A stretch of DNA of 64,000 nucleotides, taken from Candidatus Helarchaeota archaeon (GTDB lineage: Archaea > Asgardarchaeota > Lokiarchaeia > Helarchaeales > RDOG01). The notes under the pieces are model-generated. The model saw only the letters and a list, made by a program, of their open reading frames with translations. It ran no database searches and was not told where the DNA came from. Below are positions 60,649 to 64,000 of the stretch, piece after piece. The first letter of the stretch is position 1; each line of letters starts with the position of its first letter. The stretch spans positions 503,536 through 567,535 of the forward strand of contig JAHPZH010000001.1 of the NCBI GenBank assembly GCA_019058315.1, read 5' to 3'. The position numbers and the translations under genes were made by a program.

Positions 60649-62156
60649 ATTTAACAGAAGAACTTTTTAAAAATTCATATAAATTAGATAAGATAGCGTT
60701 TTTTCATAGAGATGAGACTATCTCCTATCCCGATTTATATGGTAAAATATGTGCTGTCATAGAAGAACTTAGAAATCAAGGGTGTAAGAAAGGAGATAAA
60801 ATAGCAATATTTGCAAATAATTCAATATTCACAGTTATTGCATATTTTGGGATTATTGGAAATGGTAATGTTGCAATTCCTCTTTATCCGAGAATCTCAG
60901 AAGAGCATTTGAATTATATTATTAAGGGTTGCAAAGTAAAAACGCTCTTCATTCAAACTAAACTTCTAAAACGCTTTAAAGAGCGATGTAAAACTAAGAT
61001 GGAAAATTACTTTTTTGATGTTGAAAGTGAATCTGGAATAAATATCAGTACTTTACCAAAAAAGAAAACAAAATTTCCAGAAATTGAAGAAAAAAAGGAA
61101 ACCGCAGTAATAGTATTTACATCAGGGTCAACTGGAGTTCCCAAAGGTGTAATGGTATCTCATCATAACATTAATTATAATGCAGATTCAATAATAGAGT
61201 ATTTAAAACTCACAGATAAGGATAGATTTATGGAAGTATTACCTTTTTCTTATTGTTATGGAACATCATGGCTCCATACACATATGAAAGTGGGTGGACA
61301 ATTAGTTATTAATAATCGTTTTATGTTTCCAGGTAAGGTGTTAGACGAAATTAATGAAAAAGAATGTACGGGTTTTGGGGGAGTACCTGCACATTTTCAA
61401 ATTTTATTGAGAAGATCAAATATACATAAAAGAAAATTTCCTTCTTTGAGGTTTATTGCTCAAGCAGGGGGTAAATTGGCAGTTCCTTTTATTAAAGAAT
61501 TAATGGAACTATTTCCAGATAAACAAATTTTTATTATGTATGGTCAAACAGAAGCAACTGCTCGGTTATCTTATTTACCACCTCAATTATTAGAAAAAAA
61601 ATTAGGATCAATAGGTAAGGGTATTCCTGGAGTCAATCTTGAAGTTTTAAAAAAAGATGGAACTCCAATAAAACCTGGTGAAGTTGGTGAAATTTTGGCA
61701 GAAGGTGGTAATATCATGCAAGGGTATTGGAATGATCCCGAAGGAACAAAAAAAACTCTTAAAAATGGGAAGTTATGTACAGGAGATCTTGCAACGATTG
61801 ATGAGGAAGGCTTTCTATTTCTAGTTGATCGAGAAAAAAATATAATTAAGAGTGGTGGCTATCGAGTTTCACCTCAAGAAATTGAAAATGTAATCTTTCA
61901 AATTCCAAATGTTATTGAAGCGGCAGTCATTGGAGTGCCAGACGAAATTTTAGGCGAAGCAATTAAAGCGTTTGTTGTAACTGTTAAAGACGCTAAAGGT
62001 TTAATAGATAAAGATTATATTATAAAATATTGCAGAAAGCAATTACCATCTCATAAAATCCCAAGATATGTGGAATTTATAAAAAATCTACCAAAGAGTA
62101 GTTCAAATAAAGTTATGTATGAAGTTTTAAAGAAACAAGAAAGGGAGAAAAAATGA
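60645..62156 (+). CDS. AMP-dependent acyl-CoA/acyl-ACP ligase (ANL family)
   Basis: FTSGSTGVPKG, YGQTEA, TGDLA, IKSGGYRVSPQEIE, PKSSSNK. Confidence 0.93.
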   Translation: MNLTEELFKNSYKLDKIAFFHRDETISYPDLYGKICAVIEELRNQGCKKGDKIAIFANNSIFTVIAYFGIIGNGNVAIPLYPRISEEHLNYIIKGCKVKTLFIQTKLLKRFKERCKTKMENYFFDVESESGINISTLPKKKTKFPEIEEKKETAVIVFTSGSTGVPKGVMVSHHNINYNADSIIEYLKLTDKDRFMEVLPFSYCYGTSWLHTHMKVGGQLVINNRFMFPGKVLDEINEKECTGFGGVPAHFQILLRRSNIHKRKFPSLRFIAQAGGKLAVPFIKELMELFPDKQIFIMYGQTEATARLSYLPPQLLEKKLGSIGKGIPGVNLEVLKKDGTPIKPGEVGEILAEGGNIMQGYWNDPEGTKKTLKNGKLCTGDLATIDEEGFLFLVDREKNIIKSGGYRVSPQEIENVIFQIPNVIEAAVIGVPDEILGEAIKAFVVTVKDAKGLIDKDYIIKYCRKQLPSHKIPRYVEFIKNLPKSSSNKVMYEVLKKQEREKK

Positions 62157-63232
62157 TAAAAAAGAATATAATGATCCCACATATTTACTATGTAAATGAA
62201 CTTTTTATGGGAAAAGGAGCTCTTTCAACTTTAAAAAATATAGAAGAAGATAAATTTTTAATTTTCGTTTCAAAAACGGTAAAGGGTTTGGAAAATTATC
62301 AAAAAATAGAGAAATATTTGGATGGAAAAACTTATACTGAAGAAATTATTGAAGATTGTTATGAAAAAAGGATATTGGAACTTAGAGATAAGTATAAAGA
62401 TTATAATCTTGACATACTTGTAGCTATAGGAGGAGGTAAAGTTATAGATTCTGCAAAAATTGTGAAATTTCTAATAGAAAATCCTGCTCATGATTTGGAA
62501 ACCCTTAAAAAAGAATATTTTAATTATAATAAAAAAATTAAACTTGTTGCTGTCCCAACAACACCTTCTACTGGTTCAGAATCTAATTCTACTGCTTTGA
62601 CAAAAACAGAACAAAATGAAAAAATTGCATATATAAATCGTTCTTTCATCCCGGATATGGCAATTTTAGACTATGCATTTTTGGAATCGATTCCATTGGA
62701 TAAACTTATTCCGATGACTGGGGATATTTTTGGGCATTCTTTTGAAGCTTTTTTCTCCAAGTTAAGTAAACAACTAATTATCATATATGCAAAATCGAGT
62801 ATGAACTTTTTAAAAAAAGGTATTCTGGGACTTAAAAAGAATAAAGAAGATAAAAAAAGTCTTGAAAGTATTATGGTGGCAGGACATGTCGGAGGAATAG
62901 CTGCAGGTAATGCATTTGTAGGTGCTTGTCATGCCCTTGCTCACGCTGCAGAAATAAAGATTAACAAAGGACATAGCAGTCTTATTATGAACCTAATAAA
63001 ACCAACCCTTACTTGGCATCAGAAAAAAACAGAAAATCCAGATTATGAACAATTTATAACCGCTTATAATGAGATTGGTTATGATGAATATTTAGAACCA
63101 AGAATTTTTGATACTCTTGATAATGACTGGTGGGCAGAAACAGCTCTTAAAGATCCAGCTGTTAAAACCAATCCTATCAGAATGAAATTGGAATCCATGC
63201 TGGAGTTGGTTAAATGGATCAAGACCAAATAA
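62153..63232 (+). CDS. iron-containing alcohol dehydrogenase
   Basis: GGGKVIDSAK, PTTPSTGSE, DIFGH, HALAH. Confidence 0.9.
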   Translation: MIKKNIMIPHIYYVNELFMGKGALSTLKNIEEDKFLIFVSKTVKGLENYQKIEKYLDGKTYTEEIIEDCYEKRILELRDKYKDYNLDILVAIGGGKVIDSAKIVKFLIENPAHDLETLKKEYFNYNKKIKLVAVPTTPSTGSESNSTALTKTEQNEKIAYINRSFIPDMAILDYAFLESIPLDKLIPMTGDIFGHSFEAFFSKLSKQLIIIYAKSSMNFLKKGILGLKKNKEDKKSLESIMVAGHVGGIAAGNAFVGACHALAHAAEIKINKGHSSLIMNLIKPTLTWHQKKTENPDYEQFITAYNEIGYDEYLEPRIFDTLDNDWWAETALKDPAVKTNPIRMKLESMLELVKWIKTK

Positions 63233-64000
63233 TAAAAGATATTATAACAGCTGACCAATATAATCTTGCTCAAAAAGAGAAAGAAGCTAAATTACTGCCA
63301 ATTTTTAAAGAACAAATATTAAAACAAATTGAGAGTCTAGATAATTTAAAATCTTTTTATAAAAAATTTAATGTAAGTATTGATAATGTAAATTCATTAA
63401 ATGAGTTACCACCTATTCCAGTAAATATGTTTAAAAAATTTGATTTGAGAACATGTAAAAAGGAAGATACCTTAAGGATTTTACATTCCAGTTCCACAAC
63501 AACCGGAATTCCAAGTAAAATTTATATTGATAAAAAAACTGCTTTTCGTCAGACTCGTTCATTCCTCTCTACAATTAAGAATTTTATTGGAAAAGAAAGA
63601 AGACCATTATTAATTATTGATACGGAAGAAGTCGATAAGGCTGGATCTGACACATTAACCGCAAGAGGTGCTGCAATTCGTGCAATTGCTAACTTTGCAA
63701 CTAAAAAAGTCTATGTAATGGATTTGGAAAATGGAGATCTTGAAATAAATTTTGATAGACTCAAAAATTTTTGTGATAATTTCGAAGGACAAGACATAAT
63801 AGTCTATGGTTTTACTTATATCATCTGGAGTCGATTTTATAAAATTTTAAAAGAAAAAAATCTTCAGTTAAATTTCCCAAATATTAAAATTCTTCATAGT
63901 GGTGGTTGGAAAAAATTAATTGAACAACAAGTTGATAAAGAAACATTCAATTCTGAAATCGCTAGCATTTTTAATACAAGTCCAAAAAATGTCATTGATT
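63214..64000 (+). CDS. LuxE-family acyl-protein synthetase, 3'-truncated (not in the ORF track)
   Basis: ATG at 63214: MDQDQIIKD...LPPIPVNMFK...HSSSTTTGIPSKI...TARGAAI...YGFTYIIW...HSGGWKKL; open to the window end. Confidence 0.88.
   Translation, partial: MDQDQIIKDIITADQYNLAQKEKEAKLLPIFKEQILKQIESLDNLKSFYKKFNVSIDNVNSLNELPPIPVNMFKKFDLRTCKKEDTLRILHSSSTTTGIPSKIYIDKKTAFRQTRSFLSTIKNFIGKERRPLLIIDTEEVDKAGSDTLTARGAAIRAIANFATKKVYVMDLENGDLEINFDRLKNFCDNFEGQDIIVYGFTYIIWSRFYKILKEKNLQLNFPNIKILHSGGWKKLIEQQVDKETFNSEIASIFNTSPKNVID

Noticed and set aside
63214-64000. Bioluminescence (lux) operon
   Set aside because: No luxA, luxB or luxD in view; the context is ACP, ligase and MaoC, typical of non-luminescent LuxE homologs.

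Overview
AT-rich archaeal chromosomal segment, most likely from an Asgard archaeon (Lokiarchaeia-like). The evidence is an archaeal histone, a short XPF, archaeal CobT, an ADH synthase (aroA'), a geranylgeranyl reductase, and eukaryote-signature proteins: two longin/uDENN-like::Rab-like GTPase fusions, an intact JAMM/MPN+ protein, and WD40, HEAT and TPR proteins. I saw no rRNA, tRNA, CRISPR array or transposase. Main blocks: (i) an iron/zinc uptake island (ZIP, feoA, naturally split feoB, FeoC-like protein, two DtxR regulators, and a perfect DtxR/MntR-type operator); (ii) a MacB/LolD-type ABC transporter coupled to a ~2170-aa FG-GAP/PQQ surface protein; (iii) a bacterial-type queF-tgt pair, unexpected in archaea; (iv) the best candidate for an undescribed system, at ~41.9-50.7 kb. 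This is a split PEP-synthase/dikinase-like phosphotransferase: a free-standing phospho-His swivel protein plus a free-standing ATP-grasp protein, with no pyruvate-binding barrel. It is surrounded by paralogous ~390-410-aa proteins of unknown function (a further paralog lies at the window start), an SCP2-like protein and a CrtC/lipocalin-like protein; (v) an ACP-dependent acyl activation/reduction cluster (Sfp-type PPTase, MaoC, ACP, AMP-ligase, Fe-ADH, LuxE-like protein) that runs off the right edge. TTG starts are frequent, and two genes appear to start at ACG or ATT. All calls come from motif recognition by eye; no database searches were run.
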